Shown here piece by piece: positions 1 to 12,044 of a stretch of 64,000 nt of DNA. The translations under genes and the position numbers were made by a program. Each line of letters opens with the position of its first letter. Within the stretch, counting starts at the first letter, position 1. This DNA is from Rhina ancylostomus (taxonomy: Eukaryota): contig JARFYF010000057.1 in the NCBI GenBank assembly GCA_030265395.1, forward strand, positions 22,244,708 to 22,308,707, read 5' to 3'. The notes beneath the pieces were generated by a model. It was not told the DNA's origin. It did no database searches and saw only the letters and a program-made list of their open reading frames with translations.

Positions 1-1213
1 ATTATGAACCTGATTTGAGTTTTTTTGACCAAGAAAGTTGATGAGGGCAGGGCAGTAGATGTGGTTTATCTGGACTTTAGCTGGGCCTTTGATAAGGTTC
101 CACATGGTAGGCTGCTCTGGAAGGTGAGATCACATGGAATCCAGGGAGAGCTGGCTGATTGGATACACAGTTGGCTTGATGATAGAAAGCAGAGGGTGAT
201 GGTGGAAGGTGGTTCCTTGGACTGGAGGCCTGTGACTAGTGGTGTGTCTCAGGGGTTGGTGCTGGGCACATTTTTGTCTGTCATCTATATCAACAATTTG
301 GATAAGAATGTACAAGGCATGGTTAGTAAGTCTGCAGATGACACTAAAATAGGTGGTATAGTGGACAATGAAGAAGGTTGGCAAAAATTACATGGGGGGG
401 GTCTTGATCACCTGAGTAAATGGGCTGAAGAATAGCAAATGGAGTTTAATTTGGACAAGTGTGAGGTCTTGCATTTTAGAAAGTCAAATCCAGGTAGGAC
501 TTTCACAGTGAACGGCAGGGCTCTAGGGAGTGTTGTAGAACAGAGGGACCTTGGGTTATACGTTTCACTGAAAGTGGACTCACAGGTAGACAGGGTGGTG
601 AAGGTGGCTTTTGGCATGCTGACCTTCATAAGTCAGGGCACTGTGTATAAAAGCTGGGAGGTCGTGGTGCAGTTGTACAAGATGCTGGTGAGGCTGCACT
701 TGGAGTATTATGTTCAGTTTTGGTTGCCCTATCAGAAAGATGTTATTAAACTGGAAAGAGTGCAGAAATTAGTTTCAAGGATGCCCGCCAGGACTTGAGG
801 GATTGAGTTACAGGGAGAGGTTGGGCAGGCTAGGACTTTATTCCTTAGAGTGTAGGACATTGAGAGGTGATCTTCTTGAGGTGTACAAAATCATGAGGGG
901 CATAGATAGGGTGAATGCACTCCATCTTCCCCCTCTACTCCACCCTCCAATCAATAACTAGAGGGCATAGGTTTAAAGTGAGTGGCGAAAGATTTAAGAG
1001 GAACTTGAGGGTATCTATGTGGAATCAGCTGCCAGTAGTAGTAGTTAAGGCAGGTACAATAACTTTTAAAAGACTGTTGGACAGGTACATGGATTGGAAA
1101 GGTTTAGGTTATGGGCCAAACACTGGCCAATGGACTAGCTTGGAGGGGACATCTCGGTCAGCATGGACCAGCTGGGTCGAAGGGCCTTTTTCCGTGCTGT
1201 ACGACTCTATGAT
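1..1213 (+). mobile_element. CR1-type LINE, 3' part of ORF2 (RT) plus 3' UTR, degenerate
   Basis: ORFs show VDVVYLDFSWAFDKVPH, VTSGVSQGLVLG, SKSADDTKIGG, MEFNLDKCEVLHF and TRGHRFKV, broken by stops and frameshifts; ends with the gactctatga tail. Confidence 0.93.
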
Positions 1214-1214
1214 T

Positions 1215-1460
1215 GGATCATTACTTCTCAGTGACGATGTTTGAGGAATAGATGTCACAAACTCACCGAGGAGTATCCCCCTGAACATACAACAGTGGTA
1301 CAAACCTGAAAGGGCCTTGGTTTGGATTCTGATCTGAAAATCAACACTCAGCACTCCTGCACTGGAGTACCTGCTTGGAGTTTGCATGTACATCTTCAGC
1401 GTGGAACCCCGATTCATAACTCCCTGACTCAGAGGAGAGGGGCATCACTGAGCACTGACA
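1215..1460 (-). mobile_element. Ancient Deu-domain-type SINE remnant
   Basis: Reverse-oriented head (ctgactcagaggagagggg...actgagc; cagcactcctgcactggagt) similar to other copies at 26.1, 35.2 and 61.4 kb. Confidence 0.5.
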
Positions 1461-1592
1461 TGTAGAGTGTAGGACCTGGCTGGTTGCAAGGTGCGAGAGG
1501 CTGGGAGGAGGCAGTGTGGGGAATGAAAGGACCATGGCTCTGGTACATTAATAACCCTAAGGTACCAGATTAGCTCTGCCTTCAATACTCAC

Positions 1593-1769
1593 AATTAAAA
1601 TTGCCACAATTGCTCCTTGGAGGAATCCGGCTAGGACATCACTCCAGTGATGTCTGTAATCAGAGACCCGCGTGTAGCCCACGTATATCGCAAAGGCCAG
1701 CAGGAAGAACTGGATGGTTGGCCGCAAAAGCCTGGCCCATTTGCCCTTCAATCGTACCTGCAGATACAG
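1593..1769 (-). CDS. PLPP2: Phospholipid phosphatase 2, coding exon 5 (177 bp), contains motif C3 (T/S)RxxxxxHxxxD
   Basis: Acceptor cctcag|CTG after a C-rich pyrimidine tract, donor ATT|gtgagt. Encodes [59 protein letters not shown]. Confidence 0.97.
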
Positions 1770-3789
1770 CTGAGGAAGGGGAGGGGGAGGGGAGGGGTAG
1801 GGAAAGAGAATAAAGAAAATTAACAAGGCTTCATTTCCTTCTCAGCAGGAATATTAAAAGAAGAATTTTTAAAATAGGCATTTAGGAAGATGGCTGATCC
1901 ACATGAAAAGGGAGAGAAGCCTTAAACCCATAAAGGAGGCACCAGATGACCAAAGCAACAGCCATTAATGTAGTGACTTTCACATCCTAGGGTGACCAAA
2001 AATAATACACTGACTGCTAAATATTTTGGAAGTACAGTCACTATTATTATACAAGCAAAACCTGGCCACATCAGATACAGCAAGGTTGCATTAGATAGGA
2101 AATTGAACAGTGTTGGAAACTGGACCTGATTATTTGAACAGTAGCAGATGTTTCTACAAGTTACGTGGGATCTGGAAAAGATGCAGCCGCAACTCATTTC
2201 CCCATGTCAAAGATGATACCTCCGATAAGGTTAGCTCTCTCCAGCAGTCCTGCACGATATAGTGTTACCCTAGAATCTGCATTCAGATCCTGGAGGCAAC
2301 TTTTGATTCAGGAGTACAACTGAGCCAAGAAATTCCTAATATTCCTCTATTCTTAGTGCAGTGTAATATATACACAACTGCACTGACTCATTTACATCAA
2401 CAGTTAACTTCAGAATTGTTAAGAGCAGAATCGAAAGTGACAATAAGTACACTGAATCCACACAGTGAATAATTTGACACCTCACTGGCAGTGTGTTCCA
2501 ATAAGCAAATCTCATAGATCTGGAGTGTTATGAAGCCAAGGATGTGTTTCACTGCAGAGGTTTGAAAAACTCAGTTGCTCCAATGTTGGCCACATGTTGA
2601 GGCAGGCCAGCATGGAGGAAGGCAATGGTAAATAGGCAGAGGAATTTGGAATTAGTCATTCTGAGACTCCTCCACAAGCCCACATGGTTGGAGGACGTGC
2701 CCATATGCTTTAGGGTACATCTCAAATATTGGTTGCTAACGTGTTCTATACCTTGAGCATTTTCAAGTAGGGAAAGCTTGAAAACAGAGTCTGTGGATTA
2801 TATTTGCAAATTACTGCCATGAGGGTTAAATGTCAAGCTTGGCCCTAATGCAATATTCCATTCAAAGCCACCCTGCTTAAATTAAAAACTTTTTTCAGGT
2901 GTACTCAGCATGAAAATGTGAAGAAAAACAATAAGTAGGTCAATGTAATTTATTTTTGACAAAGGCACCTCACATAATGTTAAGGAATGATGTAGAATTG
3001 TTATAAGAGGAGTACAACCTGACCAGATTTTTCAGCAACCTCTTTATAGTTCACTGCAATTCCAATAAATAACTGTTTGAAACTCTGGAGATCTTCTAGA
3101 AAGATAGAACAAGCCTCATATAGCTCATTTTCTCGCACAATAATGACAGACCTAAACTAATTATAGCAATCAACATCTCCCAGTCAGTCACACACCTTGG
3201 TATGGGAAAAGCTCGTTGAGTTCATAGAGGAGATTCTGACACTGAATGAAGGGGATTAGGATAGTTCATGGGATTTGTCAGAACTAAAGAGCTCGTTAAG
3301 AATGTGATAAGGCATTAATACTCTTCCTGCACTGGAAACAATTCCCATTTGGCAATTGGGGGCATTAATTGTGTTACAAAAGCTATTTTGCACCTAGAGG
3401 CTTGACACTGAGTTGATGTGCTCTAGTCAGTCAGAAAGACTGTTCAAAAGATTAAAGAAATGTTAGCACGACATTGGCTTAATGCTGCCTGGCAACTGGG
3501 TCAACACAGTGCATCTCTGCCCGACAGAGTCCTGCACCTTCCACACGAGCCGAGAGTGGCTGCTATCAATGACCTGCAGAGCAGTCTGCTGTCAGACTCA
3601 GTCCCAGGGCCAGCACTCCCTGGGCAGAGGCAGCTGGAGCAAGGCTGCCAGATGCAGGAGCCTGCACCACTTTCTACTGAGTACACACTGTTCTTAGAAT
3701 CATCCTGCAATGAAGGTCAACAGATTTCCTTGTCCCCCAGCTGGACTGCACCTTGCAAAGTGCAGTCACTCTATAGACAGCTGCATTGA

Positions 3790-4310
3790 GCTCAAAGGTT
3801 ACCAGTGAATCAATAAAACTATGGCTGATTCTTTACCTCAGTGTCATCTTCCTGCATTAACCCCATAACTGTCGATTCCTTTAGTACCAAAACTCCATCC
3901 ACTGTCTTGGCTTTACACAGCCACTGAGCCTCCACACCGTCTTGGGTAGAGTTCAAAGATTCACCACATCTAGATGCAGAAATCATTCCTCAGCTCAGTT
4001 GACAATGGCTGACCCCTTTTGCTATAAAGCTTTGACCTTTGGTTCCAGGCATCCCAGCAACATAATCCATACACCTACCCTATAAAGTTACACAAGAATG
4101 TTATACATTGAGACCACCTCTCATAGGACAAATTTTTCATCCTGCAAGTCAATCTCTTGAACCCATTCTCTACTGTATGTAGATCCTTTGGTAGGGAGAT
4201 CAGACCTGCACATAATATTCTAGCTTTTGTCTGACCTAGGCCCCACACAATTTCAGAAAGTTGCATCCACTCAAATTCTTCTTACAGTAAAAGGCAAACA
4301 AACCATTTGG
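3790..4310 (-). mobile_element. Old CR1 LINE 3' fragment
   Basis: Minus strand reads ...VENGFKRLTCRMKNLSYER, followed by CR1-like 3' sequence (gtggtgaatctttgaactctacc, gtggaggctcag). Confidence 0.7.
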
Positions 4311-4311
4311 T

Positions 4312-4640
4312 AAGCAAGCAGTGCAGCATTAGTGCTGCTGGCTCACAGCCCCAGGGACCTGGGTCCAATGCTGCCCTCAGGTGCTGTCTGTACATTCTCC
4401 CCACAACTTTCCTTCAGGGATCCAGTTCCCTCCTACATCTCAAAGGCACACTGACAGATTAATTGGCTACTGCAATTTAGTGTGGGATTCAAAAGGAGAG
4501 TTGATGGGCACATGAGAAAGAAGAACAAACTGCAAGGTACAAGGAAGTGAGGAAGAGGATGATATCAGAGTGATGGGATTGCTCTGCTGGGAGCTGTATG
4601 AACCTGATGTACTGAATGCCCTCCTGTGTTATAGTAGGCA
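4312..4640 (+). mobile_element. tRNA-derived V-SINE-like element inserted in the CR1 fragment
   Basis: Head gtgctgctggctcacagccccagggacctgggtcc, core ccagttccctcctacatctcaaag and ttaattggctactgcaa; similar to the 63.5 kb copy. Confidence 0.7.
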
Positions 4641-5569
4641 CTTCTGCCTTTCGAATTGCTGGTTGTATCAGTGTGTTCACTTTATGTGCAGGTCTGATCT
4701 CCCTACCAAATGATCTACACACAGTGGAGAATGTGCAATGATGGGTTCATGAGATTGCCTTGCAGGATGAAAGGGTTGACCTATAAAAAGCGATTAGCCA
4801 GCCTGGACCTCTATGTTATAGAATGAGAGCTGGTCTCAATGAAATGTACAACATTCCTGTACCAAGCCACCCACATCCCTCTTAACACCAACGCTTTGTA
4901 AGACTCAAGATTCCAAGGATTTGTTCTTGGAGTTTCTCCCCTGGGATGCATAGTACACCTTCCCACCATAGACAGAGGACTCAGAGCTTCCAACCACTCT
5001 CTCATTGTTCACAGGCCCCAACACTTCAATAGCCCACCTGTGGACCCTACCCTGATCTCACTGATTTGACCACTCACCATCATCTCTCAGTGCAGCAGAC
5101 TGATAGACCAGAAGGTTAGTGTGAGGATGCTCCTGTGTCTATACCAATTTGTGTTACACAGCACCCTTGCAGTCAGTGGTAGTGTGATCAGGAGTAGGCA
5201 ACAGTTCAATTTAATTTTTGTGTTTTCCTGAGGAATTTTTTTTTAGTAATTCCAAACCTATCCCAAAACAGTCTGCTTCCTTCAAGCTCAGGCTGGGTAG
5301 CTAGGTTCTACTCTACATCAGCTCCACTTGTTGCCCTATTGTTATGTAATTTGGATTTTGTTTGAACTCTGAATTCCACCCCCCCTCCCCAAAAGGTTTG
5401 ATCCATATTGACAAAAGGTCAATTGCTGTTTCCCCAAGTTTAGATGTAGGGGATAAAGGAGACTGCTCACCTTGGAGCTTCCAGGCTCCATTCCAGATAG
5501 CATCTGGACTCTCCAGTCTGGTATAAGATTCCATGTACAGAACATTTAGGAGAAGTTTATGAAGCAATA

Positions 5570-6015
5570 ATATTCAATTAATGTTGAAACAGAGTCATCT
5601 TTGTCCACCAAATCCATGCCAATCTTTTTGCCCATCTACATTTATCCCAGTTGCCCACATTAGGACCATTTCCATTTATGCCTTCCCTATTTAAATGTGT
5701 GTCTATAAACAGTGATTGGATCTGATTCCACCACCTCCTGTAGCAGCATATTCTAGATATCAACCACTATGTAAAAGGACTCCTCTTACATCCCCTTTAA
5801 AACTTATCTTAAACCTATGTCCTTTTGTTTTTGATACCCCTACCACAGGAAAAAGATCAATACCATCTACCCTATTTATTCCTCTCATAATCCGATATCC
5901 AATCAGACCTATCACTCCAGGGAAAACAAGCCCAGCTTCTCCAATCTCTGCCTATAATGAGTCCTTCAATCCAGGCAACATCCTGGTGAATCGCCTTTGC
6001 ACCCTCTCCAGCACA
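5570..6015 (-). mobile_element. CR1 LINE 3' fragment
   Basis: ccaggcaacatcctggtgaatcgcctttgcaccctctcca is the reverse of the LERVQRRFTRMLPG region; the 3' UTR is also reversed. Confidence 0.8.
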
Positions 6016-7244
6016 AAGGAACTATTCTATATCAGCAAATCTGAGCTTGAAGTCCAACTAGAAATAAATCTGTCAAAATTAGTTTTAAGACTCAATTGTA
6101 AGATTGCAGCAATGCCCAAGAGAAGATTGACTAACTACACCTGAATAGTTGAGAGAATTTGTGCCCACATTTTCAGAAAATGACAAGTCAATTCTCAGTA
6201 AGCTTTGTAAGAACAAAAGGCTCTTTGGCATGGTGTTAGTACCATTGTCAGGGGAGACACCAGTCCCAGAGTCACCATAGCAACTTGGTAGGTTCACTGT
6301 GCCCTTCATAGAAGGGAGCACTGCTGATCTTGAAGATGGGATGAGAAACCAGCAAAATGACTGAAGAGGCCAAAATGTGTTGTTGGTCATGTGCCTCCAG
6401 GATTTGTTGGCTTTCTGTAAACCATCTACCTTGGGTAAAACTGGGATTTCAGATTACCAATAGATTTGATTTATGCATTTGTACTAACTTGGCAGAAAAC
6501 ATGATGTAAAGTTCTATGTAAACGGAACCAAATCACATAGGAATATTATACAGCACAAGCCTCAAGGATTGTGATATGTTGTGGGATGGAATTGTTGGTT
6601 GCAGTTTCCAACATACATGGAATAAAACTCTCTTTCTCCCTACCCCCCAATGATTTTCCAACACATTTCAAGCCATCAAAAAATATTTGTACTCATAGCA
6701 AATGTATTTTATGCTCCAGCAAATGTATTTTATGCTCAACGGGTAATATTTTCATCACCTTCTGAAATGTTGAAAATTAACATTTGACTCGCCAATCAGC
6801 TNNNNNNNNNNNNNNNNNNNNNNNNNNNNNNNNNNNNNNNNNNNNNNNNNNNNNNNNNNNNNNNNNNNNNNNNNNNNNNNNNNNNNNNNNNNNNNNNNNN
6901 NNNNNNNNNNNNNNNNNNNNNNNNNNNNNNNNNNNNNNNNNNNNNNNNNNNNNNNNNNNNNNNNNNNNNNNNNNNNNNNNNNNNNNNNNNNNNNNNNNNN
7001 NNNNNNNNNNNNNNNNNNNNNNNNNNNNNNNNNNNNNNNNNNNNNNNNNNNNNNNNNNNNNNNNNTAGGATAGAATTTCCTGTGGGTTTAAACACATATT
7101 TTAGGATCACAGATGGGAGGGCAGTTAAATGAACCACAGCTTATACCAAGAAAATGAGAACTGGATTGTTGGGTTAGAAGTAGCTTCCCCGCTAGTTACA
7201 GGGAGAGTGAAGGCTGGCGAGGATGACAAAGCAGGAGATACACA

Positions 7245-7340
7245 TTGATAAGATAAGATACCTTTATTAGTCACATGTACGTCGAAGCACAGTGAAATTC
7301 ATCTTTTGCATAGTGCGTTCTGGGGTCAGCCCACAATTTG
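7245..7340 (-). mobile_element. 3' tail of a SINE (same family as 50.5 kb)
   Basis: gataagata...tttattagtcacatgtacgtcgaagcacagtgaaat is the reverse complement of the tail at about 50770-50815. Confidence 0.65.
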
Positions 7341-7444
7341 GTCATTGTGTGCTCACTCTACCTCAAAATAATGGCTGGGCAGAAGATTTCAACCTTACTT
7401 GCCGGTGAATCAAATGCTGAAACCCTGTCATCGTAACAGAGCCC

Positions 7445-8265
7445 AAAACCACTCTCAGGCTGATAGCAACCAGTTGGCAAGATGGGCAGAGCAGTGGCAT
7501 TGGGAATCAAATCCTGATAAGTGTGAAGTGATGCACTTTGGACCAAAGGGTAGGACATACAAAATGAATGGCAGTGTTCTAGGGAGCACTGTGGAACAGA
7601 GAGAACTTGATGTACAAGTCAAGAATCATTGAAGGTGCCAGCACAGGAAGATTAAGTAGTGAAGGTATATGGGATATATGAAGGTATAAGCCTTCATTAA
7701 CCAGGGCACAGAATAGGGAGCAGGGAGGTTGTGGTCTAATTTTACAAATGTAGGTTGACCACAGCTAAAGTACGGTGATCACACTATAGGAACGTTGTAC
7801 TGATAAGGGCGCAGAGAAGATTCACAGGACATTGCCAGAGATGGAGCATTTCAGACACAAGGAGAGATTGGATAAGCTAGATTTGTTCTGTTTGGCATGG
7901 AGATCAGGGGCGGGGGCAGCACCGATGGGTCTACAAAATAATGCAAGGTGCAGATAAAAGGCAGATGGCCAGACACTTTTCCTCAAAGCAGAGGGCATGG
8001 GATGAGGGCGAGGAGGAGAGGGGATCTGAGGAAGAACTTTTCTTCTCTCAGAGGGTGGTTGGAAATCAGGAATGCACTGCCTGAGTGGTGGTGAAGGCAG
8101 GCACTCTCACAACATTTAGGTATCTAATTGAGTACCTGAATCATCAAGGCAGAGGTGGCTATGGATCACGTGCTGGTACGTGGGATTAGTACAGGAAGTT
8201 ATTTGACAGTCGGCATGGACACAAGACAGGCAGAAGTGTCTGTGGTGTCTCTCTCTAGGACTCGA
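7445..8265 (+). mobile_element. CR1 LINE 3' fragment
   Basis: QLARWAEQWHWESNPDKCEVMHFG, then CR1 C-terminal and 3' UTR sequence. Confidence 0.85.
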
Positions 8266-8496
8266 TACTTCAAGAGTAAAGTTACTTATTTATTGATCAG
8301 TCACTAGAGGGAGTTCTCAGAAAATTAACACACGAGACATTACATGCTGGATAATTCTTTCTTGTAATATTCAAACTTCAAAACACAGTATCAGATTTCC
8401 TCTCCATAGACCTGCTGTGCTGTGATTAAGACCACAAAGCCTAATTTTGTCCTCTTGCTGGTGCTAATCATCTAGGAGCAACCGTGCTTAATACCC

Positions 8497-8543
8497 TGCT
8501 TCTGAAATTCAGTTGCATTGAAGTGAACTGAATTTCAGAAGCA
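8497..8543. repeat. Perfect inverted repeat: 18-bp stem, 11-nt loop
   Basis: tgcttctgaaattcagtt (8497-8514) and aactgaatttcagaagca (8526-8543) are exact reverse complements. Confidence 0.9.
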
Positions 8544-8789
8544 TTTATTATCATACAACACATTAAGCGCAAACGATGAAGCAGGAATTCATCACTCTCC
8601 ACCATGCCCCCCCCCCAGCCTAGATGGTTGAAATAGAGTATTTTTATTCATTTTTCAGAATGTGAATGTTGCTACAAGGCCAGCATTTATTGCTCACCTC
8701 TAATTACAGGAGGTGGTGGTAGTTTTTGAACCAGTCTCATGTAAAGAAAAGAAATTTTCTTTACAAAAAGTTTGCGCTTAATATCTCAT

Positions 8790-9305
8790 GTAAAGAAAGA
8801 AGCTTACCTAAGGTTTGGAAAGCATGGATCAGACAGGGCTCTGGAGAGTTACAAGATAGCCAGGAGGGAGCTTAAGAATGGACTTAGGAGAGCAAGAAGG
8901 GAGCATGAGAAGTCCTTGGCGAGTAGGATTAAGGAAAACCCCAAGGTGTTCTACACCTATGTGAAGAATAAGAGGATGACTAGAGTAGGGTAGGACCGAT
9001 CAGAGATAACAGAGGAAACGTGCCTGGAGTCAGAAGAGGTCCTTAATGAATACTTTGCTTCAGTATTCACCAGAGAGAGACCATGATGTTTGTGAGGATG
9101 GCATACGACAGTGATATGCTAGGGCATGTTGATGTGAAGAAAGAGGATGTGCTGCAACTATTGAAAAGCATTAGGATAGATAAGTCACCGGGGCTGGACG
9201 GGATATATCCAAGGTTATTACGGGAAGCTAGGGAAGAGATTGCTGCGCCTTTGGCAACAATCTTTGTGTCCTCACTGGCCACAGGAGTAGTGCCAGATGA
9301 TTGAA
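8790..9305 (+). mobile_element. CR1 LINE internal ORF2 fragment (tether / pre-RT region)
   Basis: RRARREHEKSLASRIKENPKVFYTYVKNKR and DKSPGLDGIYPRLLREAREEIAAPLATIF..GVVPDD. Confidence 0.9.
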
Positions 9306-9671
9306 GTTATATTATGCTTCATATAACACATCCTTGGTTGCTTTCTATGTTAAAGCCACTATGGTTTATCATTGGTAACATACACTAAAATCACAGCATT
9401 AAGTGGCAGAAATGAAACCAATTTGGAAGCAGAATACAATGAACAGTTGCTGTATACTGACACTAAATACGAACAACTAAATGACAAATTTCAACCCAAT
9501 ATGTTTATTCAAGATGTTGCTGAGGAAAGAGTGAGTGTAGCCAAAATAAAATGTAAAAATCAGTGGAAACACTTAATTGTAGGTCTAAGAGCAGATCACC
9601 GGCAAACACCTGAAGACCTCTTGAGATATTGTTAAATGAGCCCAAATATAATGTTTTCTCAATATTGAGCA

Positions 9672-10100
9672 ATCCAATGCCAGAGGGCATGCATTTAAGG
9701 TGAGGGGGGTAGGATCAGAACTGACGTCAGGGCACTTTTTTTTTAAAACTCAGAATGGTGGATGCTTGGAATGCATTGCCTGATCGGGTGGTGGACGACG
9801 CAAATTCATTGGGGGCTTTTAAGAGGGGCTTGGATGGTCACGTGAATGAGAGGAAAATGGAGGGATTTCCGCAGGTAGAAGGGATTAGCTATGTCGGCAC
9901 AACATTGTGAGTCGAAGGGCCCATTCTGTNNNNNNNNNNNNNNNNNNNNNNNNNNNNNNNNNNNNNNNNNNNNNNNNNNNNNNNNNNNNNNNNNNNNNNN
10001 NNNNNNNNNNNNNNNNNNNNNNNNNNNNNGAAGGGATTAGCTATGTCGGCACAACATTGTGAGTCGAAGGGCCCATTCTGTGCTGTACTGTTCTGTGTTT
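9672..10100 (+). mobile_element. CR1 LINE 3' end spanning an assembly gap
   Basis: agagggcatgcatttaaggtg ... ggcacaacattgtgagtcgaagggccc ... tgctgtactgttct tail. Confidence 0.8.
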
Positions 10101-10356
10101 TTAAAGTTATTCTTACTGCAGTAACACAAAATTGTTTTTGCAACCATCTACAATCTGCAGACTAAATATTTCATACTCCCATAGCAATAATGACCTAGAA
10201 CATAGCCACATTTGGCTGCATATTCTTTTGTTCTTTCACATTATTCAGAAATACGTTTTTAAACAAATGCATCTTCCTTCCCCATTCATAGCAGGAAGCA
10301 AATAACAGATCTCAGTTATTGAGTCAGATATCACAAGTATTCATGTGGGTACTTAC

Positions 10357-10414
10357 CGAAAGAAAAACCATGCAGTACATTCCAAATGATGAGTGGCCAG
10401 AATAAAATGATAAC
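10357..10414 (-). CDS. PLPP2: Phospholipid phosphatase 2, coding exon 4 (58 bp), contains motif C2 SGH
   Basis: Not in the ORF track; read by hand. Acceptor ttccag|G, donor TCG|gtaagt. Encodes (R)LSFYSGHSSFGMYCMVFLS; its phase 2 start matches the end of exon 3. Confidence 0.97.
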
Positions 10415-11011
10415 CTGGAAAATATTCAAAATTTAGACAGCTGAAGTACATAGCATCTACACTCTCTGTAGATCAGCCGAAGTAGAGCACAGCTCAAGAC
10501 TTAAACTTCAGCTCACAAATATGTCACAAAATTAACCTGACAACTTGTGACAGTAATGCTAGGTGTGTTATGTTCTGAGCAGTACATCTGGAAGTAATTT
10601 TGATCCTAGTTTTCAAAAAAAGTTACCTTGAAAGTATTGTTTCACAGTGATATATTGTTTAAATAGAGTTGGCCATACTCCCATTTTTCAGTCAAATGTG
10701 AATCTGCACAAGTAGCATCAACAACCTATTCCACAGTGAAGGATTCACAAGTGAGCTCAATCTGGTCTGGGGAGAACCCAACAAGGACCACTCAACGGAC
10801 ATCAGGAGTAGGAATCCAATACTGATTCTCGCCCTCTCTACTTCAATGACATCATGGCAATTACAGCACCACTTCTGTTGCCCTCTTTCAGGGAGCACCA
10901 CCACCACTTGTGTCACTTGTCACTCTAAACCTCCAAAAGTTCCCTTTTATTGTGCCTCTCTTCAATATTTCTCTGCAATTTAAAACATGTTTTGTCTCCA
11001 ACTTTTCTTAG

Positions 11012-11145
11012 ATCTGATGGAAGGTCAGCAAACCTGAAACATTAATTCTGTTTCTTCCTTTTCAGGTGCTGCCCAATCTAAAGACTATTGCAGCATTTTC
11101 TGCTTATACGTCAGGCTTTCAATATCTGTAGTATTTTGCTTTTGA
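11012..11145 (+). repeat. Penelope-like short interspersed repeat
   Basis: ctgatggaaggtc...acctgaaacattaattctgtttc...tgctgcc...cagcattttctg. Related copies near 11575-11690, 14110-14160, 18040-18110, 22500-22650 and 54205-54330. Confidence 0.55.
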
Positions 11146-11574
11146 AGACCTCACCTGGTTCTTTGAGGAATGGATGCATCTTAACCCTTGGAGTTCAGGA
11201 TCTGGCCACTGTTATATGACTGGTTATATGGCTAGCCCTGTTATGACTGGTTATATGGCTTGTAGTGAAAGCCACGACATGCTTACTTTGATTTGTAGAG
11301 GGAAAATATCTTAACAGACCAAGGATTTGGTTTGAGAACAGTACATATTCCTCAAAAATTGCAAAACTCCAAGGTGCCTCTGACTCAGGGCAGGTCAGTG
11401 ATCTAACTCAGTGACTGTCCAATGCTCTTAATTGACACGGATCAATTGTGGACCCACTAAAATCAGTGGAAATCCTACTGGCAAAGCTTCTGAAGATCAG
11501 CTACTCTGTTCCCTGGATGAGGTGCACAGTAGCATCATCACCTGAACATCTTAGGAAAAGCTCAGAATTTAACG

Positions 11575-11690
11575 AATGGTCTCCAACCTGAAACATTAAG
11601 TCTGTTTCTCTTTCGGCAGATGCTGCCTGACCTGCTGAGTGTTTCTCCATCTTTAATTTCAGACTTTATACATCTGCAGTGTTTTTGATC
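11575..11690 (+). repeat. Penelope-like short interspersed repeat
   Basis: ggtctccaacctgaaacattaagtctgtttctc...cagatgctgcctgacctgctgagt. Confidence 0.6.
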
Positions 11691-12044
11691 TTTTGAAAAG
11701 CTCAGCCAGCCTTTGTTTTCCAAATCCACTACTTCTCACTTGGATACATCTCGCCGCTGGCTGGCTACATTCCTCAGAGTGGCTGTTGACTACTTTAGTC
11801 AAGATGCTAGTTAGCCTTTTAGTCAAGAGAGATGGCCAGGTCGGAGTGGCAGTCAGGTTCTGCTAAATGGCTAAATGACCAAATCCAAGAAGTGTTCAGT
11901 TGCAAGAAGCCACTGCAGAAATCAAGGGTCGCACTGAGGTCTGTGCCACTGTTGGGTGGAATGAACAGCAAACCATGGGGCTTTTCATTCTTTTCCCAAT
12001 GCAGGCGAGGTTGTGACTAAAATAAACCTTGAACCTTGACTGAT

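Noticed and set aside
6698-6738. Tandem duplication of agcaaatgtattttatgctc
   Set aside because: Simple slippage duplication with no functional sign.
9878-10081. Identical 52-bp direct repeat on both sides of a 100-N gap
   Set aside because: Typical unmerged contig overlap; an assembly artefact rather than a biological repeat.
11216-11260. tatgactggttatatggct repeated twice
   Set aside because: Only two copies; a local microduplication, not CRISPR-like.
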